Positions 30,297 to 39,884 of a DNA stretch of 64,000 nt are shown one piece after another. The notes below the pieces were generated by a model that saw only the letters and a program-made list of their open reading frames with translations, had not been told where the DNA came from and made no database searches. The stretch is from Chromatiales bacterium. GTDB taxonomy: Bacteria; Pseudomonadota; Gammaproteobacteria; Thiohalospirales; Thiohalospiraceae. Position 1 is the first letter of the stretch, and every line of letters starts with the position of its first letter. A program made the position numbers and the translations under genes. The stretch lies in assembly GCA_026982395.1 (NCBI GenBank), contig JALSHD010000100.1:27-64026 (forward strand), in the 5' to 3' direction.

Positions 30297-31190
30297 ATGA
30301 AGCTGTCCAAACACGAAACAACGGCGCTGCCGGTTCTGGCTCTGCTGTTCAGCGCAACCATCTGGGGTGTGATGTGGTATCCGCTGCGTTTGTTCGAAGC
30401 GCAGGGGCTGGGTGGTCTCTGGGTTACCTTCATTTTCTTTACTGCCACCACGGTGGTTGGCATGGCGTTGATGTCGCGGCATCTGGGCGAATTGCGCAAC
30501 CAGCCCTGGATAGCTCTGGGTATCGCGTTGGCCAGCGGCTGGTGCAATACCACATTCAATCTGGCCATGCTGGAGGGGAATGTGATGCGCATGCTGTTGC
30601 TGTTCTATCTGTCTCCGCTGTGGGCAACCCTGATTGGCTGGGGCTTCATGGGGGAGCGCCTGACTCCTCTTTCCATTTTGCTGCTGCTGGTCTCCGGATC
30701 GGGGGCTCTGTTCATGCTGTGGCAGCCCGGTATGATGGCTCCCTGGCCTTCTGACAGGGCAGACTGGCTGGCAATCAGCTCCGGCATGGCTTTTGCTGTT
30801 TTGAATGCGCTGGTGCGCCAGGGGCAGCAGATCAACATACCGGCAAAAATGTTGGCCAGCTGGTTTGGCGTACTGGTGGTGGCGGGGGGATGGATTGCCG
30901 TTGCGGGAGAGCCGTGGCCGAAGGTGGAGCTGGAGGTCATTGGTGCGGCAGTGGTATTTGGCGCCATGGTCCTTGTTATTGCCACGCTCAGCGTGCAGTA
31001 TGGCGTCACACACATGCCGGTACATCGCTCGGCTGTTATCCTGTTGTTTGAGCTGGTGGCCGGAGCGCTCTCTGCCTGGCTGCTGACAGATGAAGTTATA
31101 ACAGTGAAGGAGTGGCTGGGAGGGAGCCTGATCGTTGCCGCAGCGCTAATCTCCGCACGGGCGCATATTCGCCTGGAGCGTTATCAGTAA
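30297..31190 (+). CDS. EamA/DMT-family transporter
   Basis: 297 aa with about 10 predicted TM helices and two EamA-like halves. Confidence 0.8.
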   Translation: MKLSKHETTALPVLALLFSATIWGVMWYPLRLFEAQGLGGLWVTFIFFTATTVVGMALMSRHLGELRNQPWIALGIALASGWCNTTFNLAMLEGNVMRMLLLFYLSPLWATLIGWGFMGERLTPLSILLLLVSGSGALFMLWQPGMMAPWPSDRADWLAISSGMAFAVLNALVRQGQQINIPAKMLASWFGVLVVAGGWIAVAGEPWPKVELEVIGAAVVFGAMVLVIATLSVQYGVTHMPVHRSAVILLFELVAGALSAWLLTDEVITVKEWLGGSLIVAAALISARAHIRLERYQ

Positions 31191-31241
31191 ACCAGCGCTA
31201 TGGCCTTGATGGTTTCCGCTTTTCCACCTGGACAACCGTTT

Positions 31242-31433
31242 TTACATAACATATGGGGTGTTATGATGCCCTTGGTGAACAGTCGCCCGTACTTTGGGGT
31301 TATCAGCCGGGACAATATCATTCAAACCTTCATTGGTATCGGATTCGGCGCCGAATCGCCGCGCTGCATTGCAGAATATGAACGTCATGAATACGGATAT
31401 TATCAGCCATATCATCAGTAGTAGTTCGAACAT
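31242..31433 (-). CDS. Possible small single-pass membrane protein (63 aa)
   Basis: AGGAG lies 7 nt upstream of the ATG. N-terminal hydrophobic helix FELLLMIWLIISVFMTFIF followed by a polar tail. No homolog recognised; sits in a 546-bp AT-rich spacer. Confidence 0.3.
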   Translation of the reverse strand: MFELLLMIWLIISVFMTFIFCNAARRFGAESDTNEGLNDIVPADNPKVRATVHQGHHNTPYVM

Positions 31434-31736
31434 GGAAATGCTCCTCTGCTGCCAACTTCAACTCTGTAGTTTAATAATAGTCGACATGTGGCGAGAATTC
31501 CTTTAACTGTTTCTCATTTTTTCCTTCGCGAACAGACAGCGGGGCATTTATTATCACAATTGTTGTATCTGTGTATCTGAAAAGCGTATTCTGTGGATGA
31601 TCGCTTTGATATCTTTGTCAATGCATTGATACAAGGTTGTTTTTTTGGTTTTAATGAAATTGGCTGTTGGGTGGGTTTGGTGCAGGGTAAGCTTTGTGCC
31701 GGTTCAACCGCAGACTGGGATTGAGGGAGTGTTAGC

Positions 31737-32771
31737 GTGAAAAGACATATTCTGTCTGCACTGCTGCTGGCAGTAGTTCTCTGTGCGGGTCAGACTGCAT
31801 TGGCCGGGATGGCAACTCCAATAGCTGAAACCGGTCTGGCAGAAAGCGGGCCGGTAAAGACGGGGGAGAGCGTTCTTGCCTGGCTGAGCAAACCGCTGTT
31901 TACGCTGAACGGATCGGCGGTTACCTTTTCGGGGCTGTTTCGTGCGCTGTTGATCTTTCTGTTTGCGGTTGTTCTTTCCCGGTTTTTGCAGCGCTTGTTA
32001 AAGAAATTTTCTCAAAACCAGAAGAGCATCAATGAGGCGGCTGTCTATACTATCGGTCGCGTGTCTCATTATTTCCTTCTCACTATCGGATTCTTCTTTG
32101 CTGCCTCATCCCTGGGAATCAATCTCAGCAATCTGGCAATTATTGCCGGGGCGCTGGGTGTTGGTGTTGGTATGGGGCTGCAGAATGTGGTCAACAATTT
32201 TGTATCTGGTCTTATCCTTTTGTTTGAGCGCAGCTTGAAGGTGGGGGATTTTGTTGAGTTGTCCTCCGGCGTGATGGGTACCGTGCGGGAGATCAGTATT
32301 CGCAGCACCTTGATTACCACAAATGACAATGTTGATATCGTGATCCCCAATTCGGAATTTATCTCTTCCAGGGTAACCAACTGGACCATGAAAGATGCCA
32401 GTTGCCGATTGCGGATTCAGTTTGGGGTTGCTTACGGTACCGACAAGGATTTGGTGAGAAAAGCGGTACTGGAAGCTGCGGACAGAGTAAAACTGCACGC
32501 CACACAAATGCCGCAACGGCAGCCCAAGGTGTGGCTGGTAAATTTTGGTGACTCCAGTCTCGATTTTGAACTGGTTATCTGGCTCACACCCCGGAGTGTG
32601 CGTCATCCGGAGAAGGTGAAGGCCGCTTATCTGTGGGAGATTGAAAGCTCCCTGACTCAGTATGGCATTGAAATTCCATTTCCGCAGCGGGATCTGCATG
32701 TTCGCAGTTGGCAAGTGGAAAAACCAATAACTATTTCAGAAACGGCGGCTGAGTTGCAAGCCAAAAATTGA
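31737..32771 (+). CDS. Small-conductance mechanosensitive channel (MscS family)
   Basis: 344 aa. GTG start with a GAGGGAG RBS. Signal-like N-terminus, TM helices, and MscS beta-domain motifs (VGDFVEL...GTVREISIRST.ITT.DN..IVIPNS.F). Confidence 0.85.
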   Translation: MKRHILSALLLAVVLCAGQTALAGMATPIAETGLAESGPVKTGESVLAWLSKPLFTLNGSAVTFSGLFRALLIFLFAVVLSRFLQRLLKKFSQNQKSINEAAVYTIGRVSHYFLLTIGFFFAASSLGINLSNLAIIAGALGVGVGMGLQNVVNNFVSGLILLFERSLKVGDFVELSSGVMGTVREISIRSTLITTNDNVDIVIPNSEFISSRVTNWTMKDASCRLRIQFGVAYGTDKDLVRKAVLEAADRVKLHATQMPQRQPKVWLVNFGDSSLDFELVIWLTPRSVRHPEKVKAAYLWEIESSLTQYGIEIPFPQRDLHVRSWQVEKPITISETAAELQAKN

Positions 32772-33641
32772 GATATCTTTTTGCAGCCGCTTGATACTCT
32801 CTTCATCACCGGCCACGCTGTCGTTGAATGATTCAGAGAGATTGTCAATCTGGTAAAACTCGGAGTAGATTGAGATGGCATATTTCATCCAGAAACGTTT
32901 GGATAGCTGCACGAATATGGTGTTTGTTCCACCCAGCGGAATAGACGCTTCCGCTTTGCCTCCATCCTTATCCTGCATGGCGGAAACAAAAAGAGGAAAT
33001 TTGAATCCTGCGGTAATTTCAAAAGGCAGCGGAAACCCCAAATCGGTATAGTAGTCATATTCACGGATTGTCCCGCCCAGTTTTCCGTAGACAATCAGAT
33101 GCTTCTCTTCAAAGCCGGCAAAAGGCTCATCATCAGCTGTCATGCCACCATGTACGCTGCGTTGCCACGCATCCGCGCCCAGAACTGCAAAGATATTCGT
33201 ACGGTTGCCACCGTATCCAAACAGGCCTTCCAGGCGCATACCGAGATAGTCTGATGTGGTTTCAATGAACTGCGAGCCGCTCTCCATATCAACCTGTCCC
33301 GCGTAGATTCTCCCTTCCAGTCCGAAAACAGGACCTCGCTCATAACGCTGAAAATTATCTGCGGAGAGCGCCAGGGTCAGGCGGGGACCTGCTTCCGATG
33401 TATCAGGTTCAGTTGACTCCCAACTGAACCACTCAGTGCCGATACCTATTTTGGTGTAGGAGTGGGGAATAATGCCACTGGAGGCCAGAGAGACGGAGGG
33501 AAGCAGCAGGGAAAAAGCAATACCGGCCAGCCAGTTGCAACGAGCTATCGAAAAATATCGCAGGTGATCAAACGGGGTGTATCCGGGGGAACGCACCGGT
33601 GGACTGGAATGCCTGGCGGTAGAGATGTATCCGGTTGTCAT
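32736..33641 (-). CDS. Hypothetical outer-membrane beta-barrel protein
   Basis: 301 aa. Signal-like segment WLAGIAFSLLLPSVSLA. Alternating Gly/aromatic beta-strand pattern. C-terminal FGLQLSRRF ends in Phe, as in an OMP beta-signal. The true start is uncertain. Confidence 0.55.
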   Translation of the reverse strand: MTTGYISTARHSSPPVRSPGYTPFDHLRYFSIARCNWLAGIAFSLLLPSVSLASSGIIPHSYTKIGIGTEWFSWESTEPDTSEAGPRLTLALSADNFQRYERGPVFGLEGRIYAGQVDMESGSQFIETTSDYLGMRLEGLFGYGGNRTNIFAVLGADAWQRSVHGGMTADDEPFAGFEEKHLIVYGKLGGTIREYDYYTDLGFPLPFEITAGFKFPLFVSAMQDKDGGKAEASIPLGGTNTIFVQLSKRFWMKYAISIYSEFYQIDNLSESFNDSVAGDEESIKRLQKDISIFGLQLSRRF

Positions 33642-34008
33642 ATTCTACGGCTAAGGTCTGTGACTCATTTCGCATAATTGTACCATAATATTACTGGCTC
33701 AACAGAGTGAGTCGGCAGATTGTGGTCCAGTTGTCCGGTAGGTTTTTGATATTGGCAACATCTGTTTTCTGTCACGGTGAAGATGCGGAATTCAGCTGGC
33801 CGGCCAGAGGTTCGAGCCAGATTTTTTTGCCGGGAGCGGTTTGGATATGTTGAGCCCGGGATTACTTTCCGGCAGCGGTTGAGAGCGTACAGGGTTGTGT
33901 GTAAGATAGCCTGAGGCCAATCTGAAAATATCCCTCCTGCTTGCTTGAAGACAAGTTTGTAATGCATAACGCCATAACCAGAAAGTTCGTTGTTGTTACG
34001 GTGAGCAG

Positions 34009-35934
34009 ATGATCGGGATTTTGCGCAGACTGGAGCGTACCCAGAAGCAGAGGGTAAAGGTTGCGGTAGACGTTATTATTCTGCTGTTTGCGTTATGGTT
34101 TGCTTTCAGTCTTCGGCTGGGGGAGCTCTGGCCGGAGGAAATAGGCCGCTTCTGGTGGCTGTTTCTGTTGGCGCCTGCTCTGGCTATTCCGGTTTTTTTC
34201 CAGTTTGGCATGTATCGAACGGTGGTGCGTTATGCTGGCAGCACTACCGTTTTCACTATTGGCAAGGCTGTCAGTCTTTATATTCTGCTGCTGGTATTGT
34301 TGACGGTATTGATCCGGAATGAAGGCATTCCTCGTTCCGTGATGGTGCTTTACTGGTTATTCAGCCTTACTTTTCTGGTTGGTTCCCGCCTGTTGGCACG
34401 TGATCTGTACTGGTGGCTTCAGCGCCAGGAACACCCTCCTGTCTACGCCATTATCTTTGGAGCCGGGAGAGCCGGGGCCGAACTGGCTTCCATTTTGCAG
34501 GCGGGTGGAGATATGTTTCCGGTTGCTTTTATCGATGATAAAAGCGAGCTGCATGGTGATGAGGTTTCCGGCCTGAAGGTTTATCCGCGCAGCAAGCTGG
34601 ATACATTGATCAAACAGCATGGTGTTGAACAGATATTGCTGGCAATTCCCTCGGCATGTCCTGTACGGCGCCGGGAAGTATTGTCTTATTTTGAACATTT
34701 TCCGGTTCGTGTGCTGACGGTGCCCTCGCTGGCTGATCTGGTTTGGGGGCGGGCTTCGGTTGATAATCTGCGTGATATTGATATCGAGGATTTGCTGGGC
34801 CGACCGCCGGTTGAGCCTGACCAGCAGCTATTGGGCGAGTGTATCACCGGAAAATCGGTGGTTGTCACGGGAGCGGGCGGTTCTATCGGATCCGAGCTTT
34901 CCCGCCAGATACTCATGCTCAAGCCTGCGCGGCTGGTGTTATATGATGCTTCCGAATTGGCGCTGTACAATATAAACAAGGAGTTGCAGAATTTTCAGCT
35001 AGCCCACCGCGTGAAGCTGGGTAGTACCGAGATTATTCCTTTTCTGGGATCTATCACTGACGAAGATACGGTTGCGGCTGTATTGCGCACCTTTTCTGTT
35101 CAGACTGTTTATCATGCTGCCGCATATAAACATGTTCCGTTGGTGGAGCAGAATCCTGTTACCGGTGTTCTGAACAATATTTTCGGTACTCTGTACGCAG
35201 CAAAAGCTGCAATTGATGCCGGGGTGGGAACCTTTATTCTGATCTCCACCGATAAAGCCGTCAGGCCCACGAACGTGATGGGAGCAACCAAACGTGTAGC
35301 AGAAATGGTGTTGCAAGGGCTGTCTGACCACAATCAGAGTACCTGCTTCAATATTGTACGGTTTGGAAATGTTCTGGGATCTTCGGGATCTGTTGTGCCG
35401 CTGTTTCGCGAGCAGATAGAGCAGGGTGGTCCGGTAACGGTGACGCACAAGGATGTAATTCGCTACTTCATGACCATTCCCGAGGCTGCCCAGCTTGTGA
35501 TTCAGGCGGGTGCCATGGGAACGGGCGGAGATGTGTTTGTTCTTGATATGGGAGAGCCGGTGCGTATCCATGAACTGGCGCGCAGAATGATCACCCTTGG
35601 TGGCTTGTCACTTCAGGATGAGAATAATCCACAGGGCGATATTGCGATTGAATATACCGGCTTGCGCCCCGGTGAAAAACTGTATGAAGAGCTGTTGATT
35701 GGGGATAATGTAACGACTACCAGGCATCCGCGTATTATGCGGGCTGATGAGGCCACTCTGCCCTGGTCAGAGCTGTTGAAATTGCTGGAGAAATTTGAAC
35801 AGGCCTGTGCTGAACGTGACAGCGAAAAGGTTCGCGAGCTGCTGGAATCCGCTGTGACTGGTTATGTGCCGCAGTGTGGCATACAGGATTTAATGTGGTT
35901 GGAGACTCATGCCGGAGTTCATTCTGTTCATTGA
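34009..35934 (+). CDS. Membrane-anchored nucleotide-sugar 4,6-dehydratase/epimerase (CapD/WbpM/PglF family)
   Basis: 641 aa. Four N-terminal TM helices and two Rossmann regions (FGAGRAGAEL; VTGAGGSIGSEL), plus YHAAAYKHVP. Confidence 0.9.
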   Translation: MIGILRRLERTQKQRVKVAVDVIILLFALWFAFSLRLGELWPEEIGRFWWLFLLAPALAIPVFFQFGMYRTVVRYAGSTTVFTIGKAVSLYILLLVLLTVLIRNEGIPRSVMVLYWLFSLTFLVGSRLLARDLYWWLQRQEHPPVYAIIFGAGRAGAELASILQAGGDMFPVAFIDDKSELHGDEVSGLKVYPRSKLDTLIKQHGVEQILLAIPSACPVRRREVLSYFEHFPVRVLTVPSLADLVWGRASVDNLRDIDIEDLLGRPPVEPDQQLLGECITGKSVVVTGAGGSIGSELSRQILMLKPARLVLYDASELALYNINKELQNFQLAHRVKLGSTEIIPFLGSITDEDTVAAVLRTFSVQTVYHAAAYKHVPLVEQNPVTGVLNNIFGTLYAAKAAIDAGVGTFILISTDKAVRPTNVMGATKRVAEMVLQGLSDHNQSTCFNIVRFGNVLGSSGSVVPLFREQIEQGGPVTVTHKDVIRYFMTIPEAAQLVIQAGAMGTGGDVFVLDMGEPVRIHELARRMITLGGLSLQDENNPQGDIAIEYTGLRPGEKLYEELLIGDNVTTTRHPRIMRADEATLPWSELLKLLEKFEQACAERDSEKVRELLESAVTGYVPQCGIQDLMWLETHAGVHSVH

Positions 35935-36069
35935 CACAGTGTGTTGCTGACGGTTTGTTTCCGGAGTAGTTACCCAGAGTTTTTTGTCATTGTCATGGTT
36001 GTAAGGTGGCATCAATGTCTGTGTTCCAGCGGCTCGGTATATCTCTCGGAGATAACGGGTATTGTCAGG

Positions 36070-36510
36070 ATGCTGAAAAATATATTGGTATTGTGTATTG
36101 GCAACATATGCCGCAGCCCAATGGCAGAGGCGCTGCTCCGGGAGATGCTGCCGAAGGAAGGGGGGTATAACGTTGAATCGGCAGGCCTCGGAGCGTTGAC
36201 AGGGTACCCGGCTGACAAGACTGCCCGGAAATTGATGCAACGGCGGGGAATTGATATTTCAGGGCATTCTGCCCGGCAATTGAATAGCGATTTGGTTCAC
36301 TGGGCTGATTTGGTTCTGGTTATGGAAATGTCGCAGAAAAAAGCGCTGGAAGTGAGCGAACCCAGCTCGCGCGGCAGAGTATATCGCCTTGGGGAGTGGG
36401 GAGGTTTTGATGTGCCGGATCCTTATCGTCAATCCGAGCAGGCATTTGAGTATGCCTTTGAGTTGATCGATCGAGGCGTTTCAGAGTGGATTCCCAGGCT
36501 GAGAAGGTGA
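36070..36510 (+). CDS. wzb: Low-molecular-weight protein-tyrosine phosphatase (Wzb-like)
   Basis: Start chosen at MLKNILVLCIGNICRSPMAE (CX5R P-loop near the N-terminus). DP motif (VPDPY). The ORF extends upstream to 35941. Confidence 0.85.
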   Translation: MLKNILVLCIGNICRSPMAEALLREMLPKEGGYNVESAGLGALTGYPADKTARKLMQRRGIDISGHSARQLNSDLVHWADLVLVMEMSQKKALEVSEPSSRGRVYRLGEWGGFDVPDPYRQSEQAFEYAFELIDRGVSEWIPRLRR

Positions 36511-36517
36511 ACTGGAT

Positions 36518-37597
36518 ATGAGTATAAAGTTTTTTTTACCAGGATTGTTCCTGTTGGTTTCCGGTTGCGCAATGTCACCGGGCATGAAGATGTCATCTGA
36601 TTCAGTAGAACCGGGGGTGGAAATTATCCCCATTACCGCAGCATTGATAGCGGAGATGGAGAGGACGGAGTTCGAGAATGTTCCAGATGAGCTGCCAGTG
36701 GTTGACGGCGATGAAAAATATGAGTATCGAATAGGGCCGCGGGATATTCTTGCCATTACTGTATGGGATCATCCCGAGTTGACGATCCCGGCCGGCCAGT
36801 TCAGGGCGGCTGACACCGAGGGTCACCGGGTCGCGGCAGATGGAACGATCTATTACCCTTATGCCGGCACGGTGAGTGTTGCTGGTAAAACACAGGCCGA
36901 AGTGCGTGAAATCCTGACAGAGAAGCTGTCCCGGAAGATTGCCAACCCCCAGCTCGACGTGAAAGTTGTCAGCTTTCGCAGCCAGAAAGCGTATGTGGTT
37001 GGTGAGGTGGCGACACCGGGATTTCAGCCGATAACCGATGTGCCTCTGACGGTGATGGATGCCGTCACACAAGCAGGGGGCGTAACGGCAGAGGGTGATA
37101 TGACACAGGTAACCCTGAGCCGTGACGGTGTTGTGCATACTATCAATTTGCTGGATATTTTTCAGCGTGGAGATGTTTCCAGAAATATTTTGCTGAAAGA
37201 TGGCGACATCTTGAATGTTACCAACAGAAATCGGCGCAAGGTTTTTGTATTGGGTGAGGTTACTTCACCCTCTTCGCTGTTTATTCCCAAGGGGTGGATG
37301 TCGCTGTCTGAAGCGATAAGTGATGCAGGGGGGATCAACCCTGAAACATCCAATCCGGCACGTATTTATGTGATTCGTGGTACCGCAGAGCGTCCCGAGA
37401 TATTTCAGTTGAACGCCAAATCTCCGGCCGCACTGGTTTTGGGTGATAATTTTCGGCTGCAACCAAGAGATGTTGTTTATGTTGCAACAGCGGGTGTGGC
37501 ACGCTGGAATCGTCTGATACAGAATCTGCTGCCGACGGCAATAATGCTGCGGGATATTGCCGATATAGACTCAACAATAGGGGATAGAAACTATTAA
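36518..37597 (+). CDS. wza: Polysaccharide export outer-membrane lipoprotein Wza
   Basis: 359 aa. Lipobox LLVSGC. Poly_export motif (YRIGPRDILAITVWDHPEL) and SLBB-like repeats. Confidence 0.9.
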   Translation: MSIKFFLPGLFLLVSGCAMSPGMKMSSDSVEPGVEIIPITAALIAEMERTEFENVPDELPVVDGDEKYEYRIGPRDILAITVWDHPELTIPAGQFRAADTEGHRVAADGTIYYPYAGTVSVAGKTQAEVREILTEKLSRKIANPQLDVKVVSFRSQKAYVVGEVATPGFQPITDVPLTVMDAVTQAGGVTAEGDMTQVTLSRDGVVHTINLLDIFQRGDVSRNILLKDGDILNVTNRNRRKVFVLGEVTSPSSLFIPKGWMSLSEAISDAGGINPETSNPARIYVIRGTAERPEIFQLNAKSPAALVLGDNFRLQPRDVVYVATAGVARWNRLIQNLLPTAIMLRDIADIDSTIGDRNY

Positions 37598-37712
37598 CCC
37601 GGCAACGGAGTGCGCGGAGTTCCCGGAAACGCGAATGTCGGTCGGTGTCTTGGGGGAATAAACACTGCACCCGATCTGTTTCGCAGGTGCATTTTCTGAA
37701 AAATCGAGTGGC

Positions 37713-39869
37713 ATGCAATTGAACAATATCTCTTCCAGTGAAATAAAAGACAAATCCGCCGGCTTTTTTGATGAGGAGTTTGATTTCAATGCGCTGATTT
37801 CCGTGCTGATTGAATCCTGGCTCCTGGTTCTTTCTATCGTTTTTGTGACTGTTATGGGTGGCATAATCTACGCTGTTACAGCGAAGCCGGTATATGAGGC
37901 TGACGCGGTTTTGCAGGTGGAGAGAACGGCAAAGGGGATCAGTGCCCTTACCGATATCAGCCGTTTTTTTGAAGAGCAGTCCGAGATTGTGTCCGAGTTT
38001 GAGATTATTGGCTCCAGAACGGTTCTTGGACAGGTGGTTGACAATCTAAAGCTGTACATCAATGCCTATCCACAAGGGTTGTTTAGCGATGGTCAATCCA
38101 TAGGGGTTGAGACATTCGCCGTTCCTGACAGCTATCTGGACAAACCTTTTACACTGATTTCTGAAAAGCAGGGACAATATCGGTTACTCGATCCGGAGAA
38201 TACCATCATTCTTGAGGGTGTTCCGGGTGAACCGATGGAGGCACAACTTCCGGAAGGCGGAAAAATCAGGATTTTTGTCTCTGATCTGCAGGCGGAGCCG
38301 GGTGATAAATTTTTGATAAGTCATGGTTCCCGCCTGGATGTTATAAACAATCTCAGAGCGCAACTGGGCCTGGAGGAGCGCGGTACCGATTCGGGTATTA
38401 TCAGAATCAGTCTGGAGGGAACCGATGCCCAAAAAATTGCCGATATTATCAACGAGATTACCTCAATTTATGTGCGCCAGAATGTAGAGCGTAAATCAGC
38501 GGAAACAGGAAAAACACTGGGCTTTCTTGAAAAACAGCTGCCCAAGCTGCGCGAAGATATGGAGAATGCCGAGGCAGCACTGAACAGTTATCGTTTTAAA
38601 CAGGGTTCTATCGATCTCCCTCTCGAAACACAATCGCTGTTGCAGCAGGCAGTGGCAATCGAGGCACAACTCTCGGAACTGAGACGTACCCGCGAAAGTC
38701 TGATAAAGCGGTTTACCGAAGAGCATCCGCGTATTCAGGCGCTGGACGCCCAGATCGACAATTTGACAGAGGAGCTGTCGAAGGTAGAGGAGACGACCAA
38801 AACACTGCCTAATACCCAGCAGGAGATATTGCGTTTGACTCGCACAGCAGAAGTTGCGTCCGAACTTTATACCACTTTGCTGAACAATGCGCAGGAGTTG
38901 AAGGTTGTAAAGGCGGGAACGGTCGGGAACGTCCGGATTATAGATCCGGCTGTTACAGCAAACAAGCCGGTGCGCCCGAAAAAGAAATTTATTGTCGCAA
39001 TGAGTTTTGTACTGGGGCTTTTGCTGGCGATTGCCGCGGCAGTTGTTCGTAAACGAATGCAGGCGGGTGTGGAGGATCCGGAAGTTGTTGAAAGGCAACT
39101 GGGGCTGCCTGTATATGCCACTATACCGGTCAGTCGCAAGCAGCGGGAACTGAACAAGCGTGGGCGGAACAGGGGTGATGCCACCCTGGTGCTGGCCGCG
39201 GTAGAGCCGGAAGATCTGGCGGTTGAAAGTGTGCGCAGTCTGCGCACCTCGCTCCATTTTGCTCAACTTGACGCAAAAAACAATATCATCATGATTACCA
39301 GCCCTTCTCCGGGAGCAGGGAAGACCTTTGTTACAGCAAATCTTGCGACTATTCTGGCCGATGCAGGAAAGCGGGTGTTGATTGTGGATGCGGATTTGCG
39401 CAGGGGGCGGATGCATACCCTGTTTGGCCTGTCGAGAGAAAGCGGGTTGTCGGAACTGATAGCCGGAACTTGTGATGAAAAAAGTGTTGTTCAGGCTACA
39501 GGTATTGAAAATCTTGATGCTATATCCACCGGCAAGCGCCCGCCCAATCCGGCAGAGCTGTTGTTACATGAGAATTTTGCCAGGTTTATACAACAGATAT
39601 CCTCATCTTATGATTATGTTGTCATCGATACACCTCCTGTTTTGGCAGTAACGGATTCGGCCATCGTAGGACGGTTGGCAGGCGCAACACTGATGGTGCT
39701 CAAGGATGGCCAGCATCCGCTGCGGGAGATAGAGCAGAGCATCAAACGTTTAAAACTGGCCGGTGTGAATTTGCGCGGGGCTGTTTTTAACGCAATAAGC
39801 AGGGTTAGCGCAAAGCACGGGTTTGGCCGCTACTATGGGTATTCCTACAGTTATTCCGGTAAGAAATAG
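37713..39869 (+). CDS. wzc: Polysaccharide co-polymerase / tyrosine autokinase Wzc
   Basis: 718 aa. Wzz domain, coiled-coil, second TM, Walker A (TSPSPGAGKTF), and a C-terminal Tyr cluster (YYGYSYSYS). Confidence 0.9.
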   Translation: MQLNNISSSEIKDKSAGFFDEEFDFNALISVLIESWLLVLSIVFVTVMGGIIYAVTAKPVYEADAVLQVERTAKGISALTDISRFFEEQSEIVSEFEIIGSRTVLGQVVDNLKLYINAYPQGLFSDGQSIGVETFAVPDSYLDKPFTLISEKQGQYRLLDPENTIILEGVPGEPMEAQLPEGGKIRIFVSDLQAEPGDKFLISHGSRLDVINNLRAQLGLEERGTDSGIIRISLEGTDAQKIADIINEITSIYVRQNVERKSAETGKTLGFLEKQLPKLREDMENAEAALNSYRFKQGSIDLPLETQSLLQQAVAIEAQLSELRRTRESLIKRFTEEHPRIQALDAQIDNLTEELSKVEETTKTLPNTQQEILRLTRTAEVASELYTTLLNNAQELKVVKAGTVGNVRIIDPAVTANKPVRPKKKFIVAMSFVLGLLLAIAAAVVRKRMQAGVEDPEVVERQLGLPVYATIPVSRKQRELNKRGRNRGDATLVLAAVEPEDLAVESVRSLRTSLHFAQLDAKNNIIMITSPSPGAGKTFVTANLATILADAGKRVLIVDADLRRGRMHTLFGLSRESGLSELIAGTCDEKSVVQATGIENLDAISTGKRPPNPAELLLHENFARFIQQISSSYDYVVIDTPPVLAVTDSAIVGRLAGATLMVLKDGQHPLREIEQSIKRLKLAGVNLRGAVFNAISRVSAKHGFGRYYGYSYSYSGKK

Positions 39870-39884
39870 TACGCGGATCAGCTC

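Noticed and set aside
31578-31598. TCTGAAAAGCGTATTCTGTGG resembling the degenerate end of family-2 copy C
   Set aside because: The match is short, needs an indel, and has no neighbouring homology to the element.
33642-34008. Looked for a JUMPStart/ops element (GGCGGTAG) upstream of the polysaccharide cluster
   Set aside because: Only partial matches are present (for example CCGGTAGG and GCAGCGGTTG); there is no exact ops core.
35962-35974. CCGGAGTAGTTAC resembling the family-1 terminus
   Set aside because: It matches at only 11 of 13 positions with no adjacent homology. A match of this quality is expected by chance about once in a 64-kb window on two strands.
35941-36069. Upstream extension of the wzb ORF (189-aa version)
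   Set aside because: LMW-PTPs carry the CX5R loop within about 10 residues of the N-terminus. The ATG at 36070 gives MLKNILVLCIGNICRS. The 43-aa extension is hydrophobic junk starting 7 nt after the capD-like stop.
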